Part shown: positions 30,073 through 39,429 of the stretch, one piece after another
Numbering within the stretch: the first letter of the stretch is position 1
Layout of the letters: every line of letters begins with the position of its first letter
Assembly: GCA_963765675.1 (NCBI GenBank)
Contig: CAVXXK010000003.1
Span: forward strand, 128,001 to 192,000
Direction: 5' to 3'
Origin: an uncultured delta proteobacterium
GTDB lineage: Bacteria; Desulfobacterota; Binatia; Binatales; Binataceae
DNA: 64,000 nt
The notes under the pieces: model-generated
The model's input: only the letters and a program-made list of their open reading frames with translations
Told to the model about the DNA's origin: nothing
The model's database searches: none
Position numbers and translations under genes: made by a program

Positions 30073-31215
30073 TCAGTCGCGCAGCAGGTTGCGCGCGATC
30101 ACGACACGCTGAATCTGCGAAGTGCCCTCGTAGATTTGCAGCAGCTTGGCGTCGCGCATCAGTTTCTGGACCGGATACTCGTCCATGTATCCATAGCCGC
30201 CGAAAATCTGCACCGCGTCGGTCGTGATCTTCATGCACGCGTCGGCGCAGAACGCTTTGGCGTAGCTGGAATTGACGTTGGGCGGCGCTTTCTGATCAAC
30301 CAGCCACGCGGCTTTGTAGGTCAGCAGGCGCATCGCTTCGATCTCGATCGCCATGTCCGCCATCATGAATTGCAGCGCCTGAAAGTTCGAGATCGGCTGC
30401 CCGAACGCGCTGCGCTGGCGCGAGTACTTAAGGCATTCGTCGAGTGCACGCTGCGCGATTCCGATTCCCACCGCCGCCGTCTCGGGGCGGCTATGGTCGA
30501 ACGTCGCCATCGCGTACTTGAAGCCCTCGCCCTCGCGACCGACCAGCGCGCTTGCGCCGATGCGCAAATCTTCATAAACGATTTCTCCGGTGTCAGCTGC
30601 GCGTTGCCCGAGCTTGCCATGCATCCGGCGCCGCGTGATCCCGGGCAGATTAGCCGGAAACACGAAGCTCGAAATCCCCTTGTGCCGCAGCCGCTTGTCG
30701 CTGGTCGCAAAGGTCACGATCCAGTCGGCGACCGAGCCGTTCGAGATGAAATGCTTCGTGCCGTTGAGCACGAACTCGTCGCCCTCTCGCCGGTAGGTGG
30801 TGCTCATCGAGGCCACGTCGGAGCCGGCGCCCGGCTCGGTGATCGCAAACGCGCAAAAGCTTAGCTGCTTCATCAGGCCGCCAAGGAAGGTGCGCTTCTG
30901 CTCTTCGTTGCCGGCGATCAAGAGTGGCAGCGTCGCAAGATCGTTGGCGGTGATCGAATTGGTAATCCCGGCGCATCCGTAGCAGAGCTCTTCCGTAATG
31001 AGCGAGCTGTCGAGCACGCCGAGACCCGCGCCGCCGAGTTCTTTCGGCACTGAGTAGTTCATCAGGCCGGCAGCGAACGCTTTTTCACATACGTCGCGCG
31101 CGAAGATTTCCTTGATGTCGTACTCGCGCGCGCGTGGGATCATCTCCTGCTCCGCGAATTTTCGCGCCAGCGACTTGAGCTCTGCCTGTTCCTCGGTCAA
31201 GTCAAATCCAAACAT
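30073..31215 (-). CDS. Acyl-CoA dehydrogenase
   Basis: FAITEPGAGSD, LNGTK.FISNG, QIFGGYGY, IYEGTSQIQR. Confidence 0.93.
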   Translation of the reverse strand: MFGFDLTEEQAELKSLARKFAEQEMIPRAREYDIKEIFARDVCEKAFAAGLMNYSVPKELGGAGLGVLDSSLITEELCYGCAGITNSITANDLATLPLLIAGNEEQKRTFLGGLMKQLSFCAFAITEPGAGSDVASMSTTYRREGDEFVLNGTKHFISNGSVADWIVTFATSDKRLRHKGISSFVFPANLPGITRRRMHGKLGQRAADTGEIVYEDLRIGASALVGREGEGFKYAMATFDHSRPETAAVGIGIAQRALDECLKYSRQRSAFGQPISNFQALQFMMADMAIEIEAMRLLTYKAAWLVDQKAPPNVNSSYAKAFCADACMKITTDAVQIFGGYGYMDEYPVQKLMRDAKLLQIYEGTSQIQRVVIARNLLRD

Positions 31216-31387
31216 CGGCGGTCTCCATGGGATGCGCGGCCGGTGAATACGGACGCACAGAAATGTGTTAGCTGGCGGCACGCGTCATTGAAAGAGGCCC
31301 GCTGCTCCTGGTGGCGGGCGATTCAAGCGACCAACAGATCCTTCGTCGAATGCTCATTCGGATTTCACTGTTGCACGTGCTTTATGC

Positions 31388-31662
31388 TGTCATTCCCGCG
31401 CGTGGCTGCCGCGCGAGGAAAACCGGATGAAAGGGCACTGCAGGTATACGTATATTCGGAGCACGGACGCCCGAGATTTCTCGCCTCTGGCTCGAAATGA
31501 CGGTCGTTGGCTGGGCTGAGGCTACGATTCTCATGCATCGAGCCCACACCCGTCATTTCGACCGAAGGGAGAAATCCCGAGGCGTTCATGCTCCGAGTCC
31601 CTGCCACATGCAGATCCCTCCCATCGGGATTCCTCGCGCGGCAGCCACGCGCGGGAATGACA
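31388..31662. repeat. REPIN-like inverted doublet B
   Basis: Arms 31388-31501 and 31551-31662; spacer homologous to the reverse complement of the doublet A spacer. Confidence 0.9.
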
Positions 31663-31787
31663 ACCATAGAGCGTTGCCTTGAAAATCGAAGCCGCGGCGG
31701 ATATGACCCAGAGACTGATGCACGCTCTCGGGCGCGGGCAACGGCCCTCCCGTCCGGAGCAATTTAACCGGACAAGGAGAGACTCCG

Positions 31788-32084
31788 ATGGCGATTACCG
31801 TAGTTGCGAAGCTCAAAGTGAAGGCCGGCAACGAAGCCGCGTTCGAAGAGGCCGGCAAGGAAATGGTCGGGAAGGTCGGCAGCGAAGCCGGCACCAAGAC
31901 TTACATCCTGCACAAGGACGTGCGCGACCCGAGCACCTTCATCTACTACGAGGTGTACCAGGATCAGGCCGCGCTCGATTTGCACGGCAAGACCGATCAC
32001 ATGAAGGCATTCGGCGGCAAGATCGGCGCGCTGCTCGAAGGGCGGCCGGAAATTCACGTGCTGACTGAAATCGCGCACAAGTAA
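31788..32084 (+). CDS. ABM-domain putative quinol monooxygenase
   Basis: VVAKLKVKAG.E..F, E.GT..Y.LH, YEVY.D..AL..H; AAGGAG RBS. Confidence 0.85.
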   Translation: MAITVVAKLKVKAGNEAAFEEAGKEMVGKVGSEAGTKTYILHKDVRDPSTFIYYEVYQDQAALDLHGKTDHMKAFGGKIGALLEGRPEIHVLTEIAHK

Positions 32085-32103
32085 ATCCTCGAGAGAATCG
32101 GCA

Positions 32104-32136
32104 GCGGGCGGCGGGCATTCGCCGCCCGTTTTTTTT
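32104..32136 (+). terminator. Rho-independent terminator
   Basis: GCGGGCGGCGG-GCAT-TCGCCGCCCGT stem-loop followed by a T run. Confidence 0.85.
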
Positions 32137-32178
32137 CGCGGTTTCGCCGGCGAATCGCGCGCGCTATAGATCGATCCG

Positions 32179-33438
32179 ATGGCTTCACGGCTCGCAATTC
32201 TTGGCGGAGAAGCGCTTCGCACGCGAGCGTTCACGCGATGGCCGGTCTTCGACGATCGCGAGCGTGCGCAGCTCGAAGACGTTTTGAGCTCCGCGAATTG
32301 GGGCGGCTATCCTTCTCCGAATCGCAAGGCCGCCGAGCTCGAAGCGCGCTTCGCCGCGATGCAGACTGCGCGCTTCGCGATCGCGACCACCTCTGGCACC
32401 TCGGCGCTCGAAGTGGCTCTGAAAGCCCTCGCCATCGGCCCCGGTGACGAGGTGATCGTCCCGGCAATCACCTTCGCCGCGACCGCATATGCTCCCGTCG
32501 CGTGCATGGCGCGCCCGGTCTTTGCCGACGTCGATCCCGCGACCGCCTGTATCGACACCGCATCGGTCGCGCGGCTCATCACGCGCCGCACCAAGGCGAT
32601 CATCCCGGTGCATTACGGCGCGAGCGCCGCCGACCTGGACGCACTCACCGCGCTCGCGCGCGAGCGCTCGATCCCGATCGTCGAGGATTGCGCGCACGTT
32701 CCGGGCGCAAGATGGCGCGAGCGCGGACTCGGCGCGTGGGGCGCGCTCGGATGCTTCAGCTTCCAGTCGAGCAAGCCGATGACCGCCGGCGAGGGCGGCA
32801 TGATCATCACCGACGATCCCGACCTCGAGCAGCGCTGCCAGTCGCTGGTCAACTGCGGACGACGCCGCCCCGGCGACACATTCGAAACTCCACTGCTCGG
32901 CGCGAACTACCGGATGTCCGAATGGCAATGCGGTGTGCTGCTGGCGCAGCTCGAGCGGCTGCCCGAACAGATCGAGCGCAAGAGCCGCAATGCCGAGCGC
33001 CTGCGCGCCGGGCTGAACGCGATCAAAGGACTCCGCGCGGTGGCCCGCGACCCGCGTCTGACGCGCGAGACGATCTACGCGTTCATCTTCATGGTCGACG
33101 AGGCCGCGCTCGGTGTTTCGCGCAATCGCTTCGTGCGCGCGCTCCGCTCCGAAGGTATTCCGTGCGGCGTCGGCAACGATCCGGTTTATCGCTCCGCGCT
33201 GTTCCCCGCAGAATCCGCGCCCTATCGCACCGCGTGCGAGCTCGCCGGCGCGCCGAATCCTCGGCCGCCCGATTGTCCGGTTGCCGAAAACGTTTTCGAA
33301 CATGCGATGGCGGCGATACCGCACGAGGTGCTGCTGGGCGACGAGCGCGACGTTGACGACGTGATCGCTGCCGCGCGCAAGATCGCGGATCACGCGGCGG
33401 AGCTGCGCACCGCCAAGCTCGAGCGCACGCCGCAATGA
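32179..33438 (+). CDS. DegT-family aminotransferase (BtrR/StsC/RifK-like subgroup)
   Basis: LAILGG...R...WP, EDCAH, FSFQSSK.MTAGEGG, GANYRMSEWQ. Confidence 0.88.
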   Translation: MASRLAILGGEALRTRAFTRWPVFDDRERAQLEDVLSSANWGGYPSPNRKAAELEARFAAMQTARFAIATTSGTSALEVALKALAIGPGDEVIVPAITFAATAYAPVACMARPVFADVDPATACIDTASVARLITRRTKAIIPVHYGASAADLDALTALARERSIPIVEDCAHVPGARWRERGLGAWGALGCFSFQSSKPMTAGEGGMIITDDPDLEQRCQSLVNCGRRRPGDTFETPLLGANYRMSEWQCGVLLAQLERLPEQIERKSRNAERLRAGLNAIKGLRAVARDPRLTRETIYAFIFMVDEAALGVSRNRFVRALRSEGIPCGVGNDPVYRSALFPAESAPYRTACELAGAPNPRPPDCPVAENVFEHAMAAIPHEVLLGDERDVDDVIAAARKIADHAAELRTAKLERTPQ

Positions 33439-34799
33439 ACCGGCTTCACGCGGGAGCGGCGCGTATCCGGCTCGAACCTCCGCTCGGCCTTGGGATGCTC
33501 GGGTATGGCTCGCGCGTCGGGCGCGCAACCGGCGTGCATGACGATCTCTGCGCGCAGGCGCTCGTGATTGGCGCCGGCGCGGGCAAGCTCGCGCTGTGCG
33601 GCGTCGATCTCCTCGCGATTGGCAAACGGATCGCCGACGAAATCTGTTCGATTGTAGCGGCGCAGAGCGACATTCCTGCCGACGCGATACTGATCAGTGC
33701 GACGCATACGCATTCGGCTCCCGCCTTCAATATCTTTGCGACTCCCCGCGCGGACGCGAAGGTCGCCGACGACCGCAGCCTCGAGTGGGAGCGCGCACTG
33801 CCCGGAAAAATTGCCGAGGCGATCATCGCCGCCAATCGCGCACTCGAACCCGCCGTGCTCAAGACCGCGCGTGCGCGGTTCACGCTCGGCACGAATCGGC
33901 GGCTTTTGCGCGCCGACGGCCAAATCCAGCTCGCGGCCAACTATGCGGGCGTCGCTGACGACGCCGCGGTCGCGGTCGGCGCGTTTCGCCCCGACGGCAG
34001 CGCGATCGCAGCGATACTCAACTATCCCTGCCACGGCGTCGTGCTGTGCGAGGACAACCTGCTCTACTCGCGCGACTGGATGGGCTTCGCCATCGACGAG
34101 ATCGAGCGCGGACTTCCGCGCGGTGCTGGCGCGGCGCCGATCGCGATCTTCATGCAGGGCGCGACCGGCAATATCGATCCGCGAAGCCGCGGCAGCTTCG
34201 AGGTCGCAGCCGATTGGGGCCATGCGGCGGGACGCGCGATCGCGCTGGCGCTCGCCACGGCACCGGAGCTTGAGGCGTCGGCGATTGTGGGCCGCCGGAT
34301 CAATCTGAAACTGAAGCTCAAGCCCGTCGCGGACGCGCTCGCGATCGCGCGCGCGTGCGCCGCGCAGACCGAGGCGTCGCTGGCGAACCATCGCGGCGGC
34401 GAGGGCCGCCAGTTAAAGCGTCTGCGCGATCATCATCAGCAATCGCTCGACGCGATTCGCGCGCTCGAAGGGCTCGAGGAGACCAACCGGCGCGACAAGC
34501 GCGTCGATCTCGCACGCGGCGAGATGGCGACCAGCATGAGCTTGTTCGCGCTAGGCGATCTCGCGATCGTCGGCATCCCCGGCGAGGCATTCGTGGAGTT
34601 CGGTCTCGCTCTGCGCGCGAATGCTTATTTCGCGCACACGCTCGTCGCCTGTTACTGCAATGACCTGGTCGGTTACCTCCCGACGCGAGAGGCGTATGCG
34701 CAGGGCGGCTACGAAGTGGAAACCGCGCGCGTCGCCGAGGGCTCCGGCGAGGCGATCGTCGCCACCGCGCTCGAAGTCATGCGAGAGCTCGCGCCGTAG
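33435..34799 (+). CDS. Neutral/alkaline ceramidase-like metal hydrolase
   Basis: GVHDDL.A.AL, SATHTHSAP, NYPCH, QGATGNI.P, PGE.F.E.G, GYLPT..AY..GGYE. Confidence 0.8.
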   Translation: MNRLHAGAARIRLEPPLGLGMLGYGSRVGRATGVHDDLCAQALVIGAGAGKLALCGVDLLAIGKRIADEICSIVAAQSDIPADAILISATHTHSAPAFNIFATPRADAKVADDRSLEWERALPGKIAEAIIAANRALEPAVLKTARARFTLGTNRRLLRADGQIQLAANYAGVADDAAVAVGAFRPDGSAIAAILNYPCHGVVLCEDNLLYSRDWMGFAIDEIERGLPRGAGAAPIAIFMQGATGNIDPRSRGSFEVAADWGHAAGRAIALALATAPELEASAIVGRRINLKLKLKPVADALAIARACAAQTEASLANHRGGEGRQLKRLRDHHQQSLDAIRALEGLEETNRRDKRVDLARGEMATSMSLFALGDLAIVGIPGEAFVEFGLALRANAYFAHTLVACYCNDLVGYLPTREAYAQGGYEVETARVAEGSGEAIVATALEVMRELAP

Positions 34800-34809
34800 C
34801 GAGGCGAAC

Positions 34810-35796
34810 ATGCCGCGGACGATCCTGATGGGCGATCCGGCGCACTTCTCGGTGCGCGGCGGCGCAAATCCTCACACCCGCAACGCGCTCGGCCTCCGCA
34901 AGCGCGTCGACGCGGACCGGGCGCGCGCGCAGTGGCATGCGCTCGCGCGAGAGCTCGTCGCCCGCGGCGTCGAAGTCTGCGTCATTGCGCCGGACGCGCA
35001 TCGCACCGGCCTGGTCTATCCGGCCAACGCGGGATTTCTTTTTCCGCTCGAAGGCGGCGGCGAGAAGATTTTCCATCTGTCGCATCTATTGCCGACGCGT
35101 GCCGCCGAGATCGAGGTCTATCGATCTTTCATCCGCGCGATGGGCTATCAGACACACGATATCGCGGCGCCGTTCGAGGGCGAGGCGGATTTCTTTCCGG
35201 CCGGCCATTTCATGCTCTTCACTCACGGACGCGTCGAGCGTCAGCGCTTCGTCGCGCGCGTCGGAATTCCGCCGTGGAAACGCGTGTACGGTTTCCGCTC
35301 CGATATCGGCGCGCTCGACGAGCTCACGAGCGCCGCGCCCGGCCGCACCATCCTGCCGCTCGAGCTCGCACTCGAAGCGCACTATCACGGCGACACCGTC
35401 CTGTGCTCATTCGGGTCCGCGCGCGAATATCTGCTCGCATATATGGAAGGTCTGGCTGAAGCGTCGCGCGAGCGGCTCAAGGCGGAATTCGGCGACCGCC
35501 TGATCGCGCTGAGCGACGCCGACGCGGCGTTGTACGCGGCGAATTCGTTCCAGAGCGAATTTAATGCGATACTTTATCTTTTCATGCCGCGCGGCGTCAG
35601 CGCCGGACTGCTCGCCGCGGTGCGCGAGCGCGGCGTCGAGCCGGTCCTGTGCGACGCGAGCGAGTTTCTGGCCAAAGGCGGCGGCTCGATCAAATGCATG
35701 ATCCTCGACCTCGGTCCGCGCGAGGAGCAGCCCGCCGCCGGCGCAAAGTTCCGCGCCGAGCACAGCTACGAAACGATGATCCAAAAGCCGCGCTGA
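34810..35796 (+). CDS. Pentein-fold amidinotransferase / arginine deiminase / DDAH family protein
   Basis: ILM.DP.HF.V, A.AQW, VYPANAG, FEGEAD, YHGDT, GGGSIKCM. Confidence 0.82.
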   Translation: MPRTILMGDPAHFSVRGGANPHTRNALGLRKRVDADRARAQWHALARELVARGVEVCVIAPDAHRTGLVYPANAGFLFPLEGGGEKIFHLSHLLPTRAAEIEVYRSFIRAMGYQTHDIAAPFEGEADFFPAGHFMLFTHGRVERQRFVARVGIPPWKRVYGFRSDIGALDELTSAAPGRTILPLELALEAHYHGDTVLCSFGSAREYLLAYMEGLAEASRERLKAEFGDRLIALSDADAALYAANSFQSEFNAILYLFMPRGVSAGLLAAVRERGVEPVLCDASEFLAKGGGSIKCMILDLGPREEQPAAGAKFRAEHSYETMIQKPR

Positions 35797-35911
35797 GCGG
35801 ATGCAAAGCGGACGTAGTGCTCGAACCAGTGAAAGCGATGCAGAGGTCCTCATGTCTACCCCTGCGAGCCCAACCGAAGGAAACCTTTGCATCACCTTCC
35901 TGAAGACTGAG

Positions 35912-36086
35912 ATACCCTCTCCTTGTCCAAGGAGAGGGATCAAGGGAGAGGTCATTTGCTCTAGCCACGAATTAGTTGTGCAAAGCTCTCCGAAAAGGGA
36001 AATCCCGGGGCGGAGGAGCACTGCATGTGGCGTCGACGTGGAGCACGGACGCCTCGGGATTTCTCGCCTATGGCTCGAAATGACGG
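35912..36086. repeat. CCCTCTCC..GGAGAGGG hairpin plus a 5'-truncated GTCATT-family arm
   Basis: CCCTCTCCTTGTCCAAGGAGAGGG; GGAGCACGGACGCCTCGGGATTTCTCGCCTATGGCTCGAAATGAC. Confidence 0.8.
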
Positions 36087-36120
36087 TCGAGAGCGCTGCG
36101 GACCATACGACAGCGTCCGT

Positions 36121-36615
36121 CTAGCGCGCGATCAAGCCGTCGTTCGAGATATCGAGAGCCATCGCGCATTCGCGCGCGAGTTCTTCCGGATGCGCACGAT
36201 AGTACTCGACCTCGGGCGCGCCGCGCAGCGCATTCATCAGGCGCTCGGGCGCGCCTTCGGAGAATCCGAAGCGCTCAAAAAAATTGCGCAGTTCCGGATA
36301 CGCGAACAAATAGAGCGTGCGCGCGCCGCGCGTGTGCGCGGCCTTGCGCGCATCGGCGATCAGCCGTGCCGCAACTCCTCGATGACGCATCGCTTCGATC
36401 ACATGCAGCGAGCGAATCAGGGCCGCGTCGATCTTTGGCTCGACGCCGATCACTCCGACCGCGGCGTCACCGAAGAACGCCATCAGGTAGCACGCGGCCG
36501 GCCACTCGACGCCGTCGGTGATCATCCTGCCCGCTTCGAGGAACGCGCGCACCGCCGCGATATCTCGCGTCTGTTCGATTACGAGTTCGCCCGCGCGATG
36601 CCGCCGTATTGCCAT
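36121..36615 (-). CDS. GNAT N-acetyltransferase (ArgA/ArsN2-like)
   Basis: ALIRSL.V....R.RGVA..L, LYL......FF.RFGF. Confidence 0.78.
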   Translation of the reverse strand: MAIRRHRAGELVIEQTRDIAAVRAFLEAGRMITDGVEWPAACYLMAFFGDAAVGVIGVEPKIDAALIRSLHVIEAMRHRGVAARLIADARKAAHTRGARTLYLFAYPELRNFFERFGFSEGAPERLMNALRGAPEVEYYRAHPEELARECAMALDISNDGLIAR

Positions 36616-36628
36616 CGATACTGACCCG

Positions 36629-37234
36629 TCACGACAAGGAGGCACGTCCGCCGACGAACATTCCGCGCAGCGAAGTACGCAGGTCTTCAATCTTAAAGCC
36701 GGCGCGAGCGAGCGCCGCGGCGGTATCGCGATTCGGATGGCATCCCGCGAACGTGCGCGACCATAGCGGATCGATCACGTCCTGAATTGTGGCGAGCACG
36801 CGGCCCGGCGCGCGCACGTGCTCGACGAAGTAGAGCTTGGCCCCCGGCTTGAGCACGCGGGAGATTTCCGCCAGCGCCGCCGAGTTGTCGGGAATCGTGC
36901 AGAGAACGAGGCACGCAACCGCCGCGTCAAATGTCGCGTCGCGAAATGGCAGCCGCTGCCCGTCACCGGCAATCGGATCGATCTTCGCCGCGACCGAACG
37001 CGCGCGCGGAATCGAGCGCCGCAGCATCTCCCAATCCGGCTCGACGCCGACGACGTGAGCGTCGGGCGGGTAGTAGCGGAAGTTTAGCCCGTTGCCGAAA
37101 CCGACCTCGAGCACGCGGCCCCAGAGCGATCCGACCAGCCGCGAGCGCATCTGGTCGCCGCCCTTGCGGTCCCCGCGCGCGCTCAGCGTTTCGTAGAACC
37201 ACGCGAAGACGGGATGTTCGTGCGGCGAGCGCAT
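36629..37234 (-). CDS. Class I SAM-dependent methyltransferase
   Basis: VLEVGFGNGLN, LPF.DATFD, VLKPG, FVEHV, GCHPNRD. Confidence 0.88.
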   Translation of the reverse strand: MRSPHEHPVFAWFYETLSARGDRKGGDQMRSRLVGSLWGRVLEVGFGNGLNFRYYPPDAHVVGVEPDWEMLRRSIPRARSVAAKIDPIAGDGQRLPFRDATFDAAVACLVLCTIPDNSAALAEISRVLKPGAKLYFVEHVRAPGRVLATIQDVIDPLWSRTFAGCHPNRDTAAALARAGFKIEDLRTSLRGMFVGGRASLS

Positions 37235-37244
37235 CGCGTGCCGG

Positions 37245-37478
37245 TCACTTCTTCGGTGGCGGAAAAAGCTGCGCGCCGCTGTCAGCGTCAACCACGGTGA
37301 TCGCCTTGACCGGACATCCGCGCGCCGCGGCGACGATCGTCGCGTCGGGAGCGCCCGCGGGATTTATCACCTGGGACTTTTCGTTCTCGTCCATCTGAAA
37401 CACTGCCGGCGCGGTCTCGACGCAATCGCCGCTGCCGACGCATCGCGCCTGATTGACGGTAATCATGAGCTTGGCCAT
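37245..37478 (-). CDS. 3Fe-4S type ferredoxin
   Basis: CVGSGDC...AP.VF...CPVKAI. Confidence 0.88.
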   Translation of the reverse strand: MAKLMITVNQARCVGSGDCVETAPAVFQMDENEKSQVINPAGAPDATIVAAARGCPVKAITVVDADSGAQLFPPPKK

Positions 37479-37582
37479 CTCCGGAACCTCCACGCGTCTC
37501 GCAAACGCACAATAGCGCGGCACGTTGAAACGCGCGACCGCGCCGACGATACTGGCGCTCGGAGCGCGTGCGCGGAAATCTG

Positions 37583-37975
37583 ATGTCGCGAATCATAGGC
37601 ACCGGCATAGACGTGATCGAGGTCGAGCGGATCGCGCAGGCGCTCGCGCGAGAGCGCACCGGCGCGCGTTTTCGCGCCCGCGTCTTCACCGCGCGCGAGG
37701 TCGCGTACTGCGAGTCGCGCGGCGTCGCGCGCTTCCAGAGCTATGCAGCCCGGTTCGCGTCCAAGGAAGCCGCGATGAAGGCGATGGGCACGGGATGGAA
37801 CCGCAACGTCGGATGGAGCGAGATCGAAGTGGTGCGTGAGCGTGGAAAAGCCCCGACGATCCTGCTCCACGGCAAATCGGCGGCGTTCGCCGCGCGCCGC
37901 GGCATCACCATCTTTCACTTGAGCATCACGCACACGACGCGCGAGGCAATCGCGCACGTGATCGCAGAAGGATAA
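37583..37975 (+). CDS. acpS: Holo-ACP synthase
   Basis: GTGIDVIEV.RI, ARFASKEA.MKA.GTG, LSITH. Confidence 0.93.
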   Translation: MSRIIGTGIDVIEVERIAQALARERTGARFRARVFTAREVAYCESRGVARFQSYAARFASKEAAMKAMGTGWNRNVGWSEIEVVRERGKAPTILLHGKSAAFAARRGITIFHLSITHTTREAIAHVIAEG

Positions 37976-37977
37976 AC

Positions 37978-39402
37978 CTACTTCGCGGCGGACGGCGAGG
38001 CCGCCGGCGTGGCGGCAACCTGCGCGCGGAACACCGCGGCCGGCTTGTCGAACTGGCTGAAGCTGAAATCGCTCATCGAGTAAACCGCGCGGCTCGCCGT
38101 CGAGGTGGTGTAGTACTCGGTCTTCGGCTCGGGCTTCTGGCCGGGCTCCGACGGTTTCGATTGCACGGTAATCTTTGAAAATTTGATCGTGCCAATCGGC
38201 TTTCCATCTTTGCCGATCAACGTGACGGCGGCCTGCGGTGTGTCGAGTCCGAACGGCTTCGGCGACGGCATCGGGTCGGCGACGATCGACACGCCCTTGA
38301 GTTCGCGGATCTCGTCGAGGAAGCGCTCGACCACCGGCACGTCGGCGGGCGCGGTGCTCGCGCCCTCGACCACGTCCCACTTGCCGCCCGCGGCTCGCTT
38401 GAGCGTGAACTGGTCCTTATCCACCGTCACCTCGGCGCTCTGCACCGACGACGGCTCGAAGCTGAACACGGTCTTGTCGCGCAGATCGAGCGCCGACCGG
38501 TTGACCGCGTTCAGCACCCACTCGTGCACCGTGTAAACCGGAGTGCCTTCTCCGCGCCGCACGTAAATTCCGTCCTTGCCCTGCTCGGTCTGCTTGAAGC
38601 CGAACAGCAGCGACTCCTCCGCGCCGTTCTTGTTGTAGACGGTGATCGTCAGATGCGGTTTTTCCAGTCCGTATTGAGAGACGCTTGTCGGCGCGTCGGC
38701 GATAAAGTCGGCGACCTTGACCTCGAGCAGCGAGCTCAGGAGCTGGCGGACCTGGGTCGGATCGGCGGGATAATTCCCAGGCTTGGTGATTTTCCACTTG
38801 TCGCCGTCGCGCACGACATCGATGATCGAGCCATCATCTTTGGCCAGCGTGAAGTGCGATACGTCGCCGATCTTGAAAGTCAGCAGGTCGCGTTTGCGCA
38901 ACTGATCGACGGTCTTGTTCATCCCGGAGGGAAACGCCGACGAGGTGAGCATCACCGCGTCCTTTCCGACGCGCATCACGTATGCGCTGAACCCGACCGG
39001 CGTGGTCTTGCCGACCTCGATCGGCGCAAGCGTCTTTCCTTCGAAGGTCGTCACCGTGATGACGACCGCGGGCTTCGCGAGGCCAAACGGCGCCAGGTCG
39101 GACGCCTTGTCTTCGACCGTCTTGGTGATCTGCGCGTTGGCAACGGCGCGCGCGAGATTGTTGACCGGGGTTTGATCGGCGTCCACGCCAATCGGCTTGA
39201 CGATCCGCCACAGTCCGCCCTTGGGCCGCTCGACGGTGAGCATGCGGTCGGGATACTTGAGCTCGATCTTCGCGATATCGTCGGCCTTGACTCCGAGCAG
39301 CTTTTCGGCCGGCAGCGGCCGCGAGTAGCGGTTCATGACAAACGCGTAGCCGCCGATAATCAGCAGCACGACCAGAGCGATGATCGTATTTCGCGGACGC
39401 AT
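37978..39402 (-). CDS. DUF4340-domain membrane-anchored protein (three repeats)
   Basis: N-terminal TM; repeated W.I.KP...AD..V and FGL.KP; in the Gld-like operon. Confidence 0.8.
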   Translation of the reverse strand: MRPRNTIIALVVLLIIGGYAFVMNRYSRPLPAEKLLGVKADDIAKIELKYPDRMLTVERPKGGLWRIVKPIGVDADQTPVNNLARAVANAQITKTVEDKASDLAPFGLAKPAVVITVTTFEGKTLAPIEVGKTTPVGFSAYVMRVGKDAVMLTSSAFPSGMNKTVDQLRKRDLLTFKIGDVSHFTLAKDDGSIIDVVRDGDKWKITKPGNYPADPTQVRQLLSSLLEVKVADFIADAPTSVSQYGLEKPHLTITVYNKNGAEESLLFGFKQTEQGKDGIYVRRGEGTPVYTVHEWVLNAVNRSALDLRDKTVFSFEPSSVQSAEVTVDKDQFTLKRAAGGKWDVVEGASTAPADVPVVERFLDEIRELKGVSIVADPMPSPKPFGLDTPQAAVTLIGKDGKPIGTIKFSKITVQSKPSEPGQKPEPKTEYYTTSTASRAVYSMSDFSFSQFDKPAAVFRAQVAATPAASPSAAK

Positions 39403-39429
39403 CGAAAACGTTGAGTCGGCTAACGCGGC

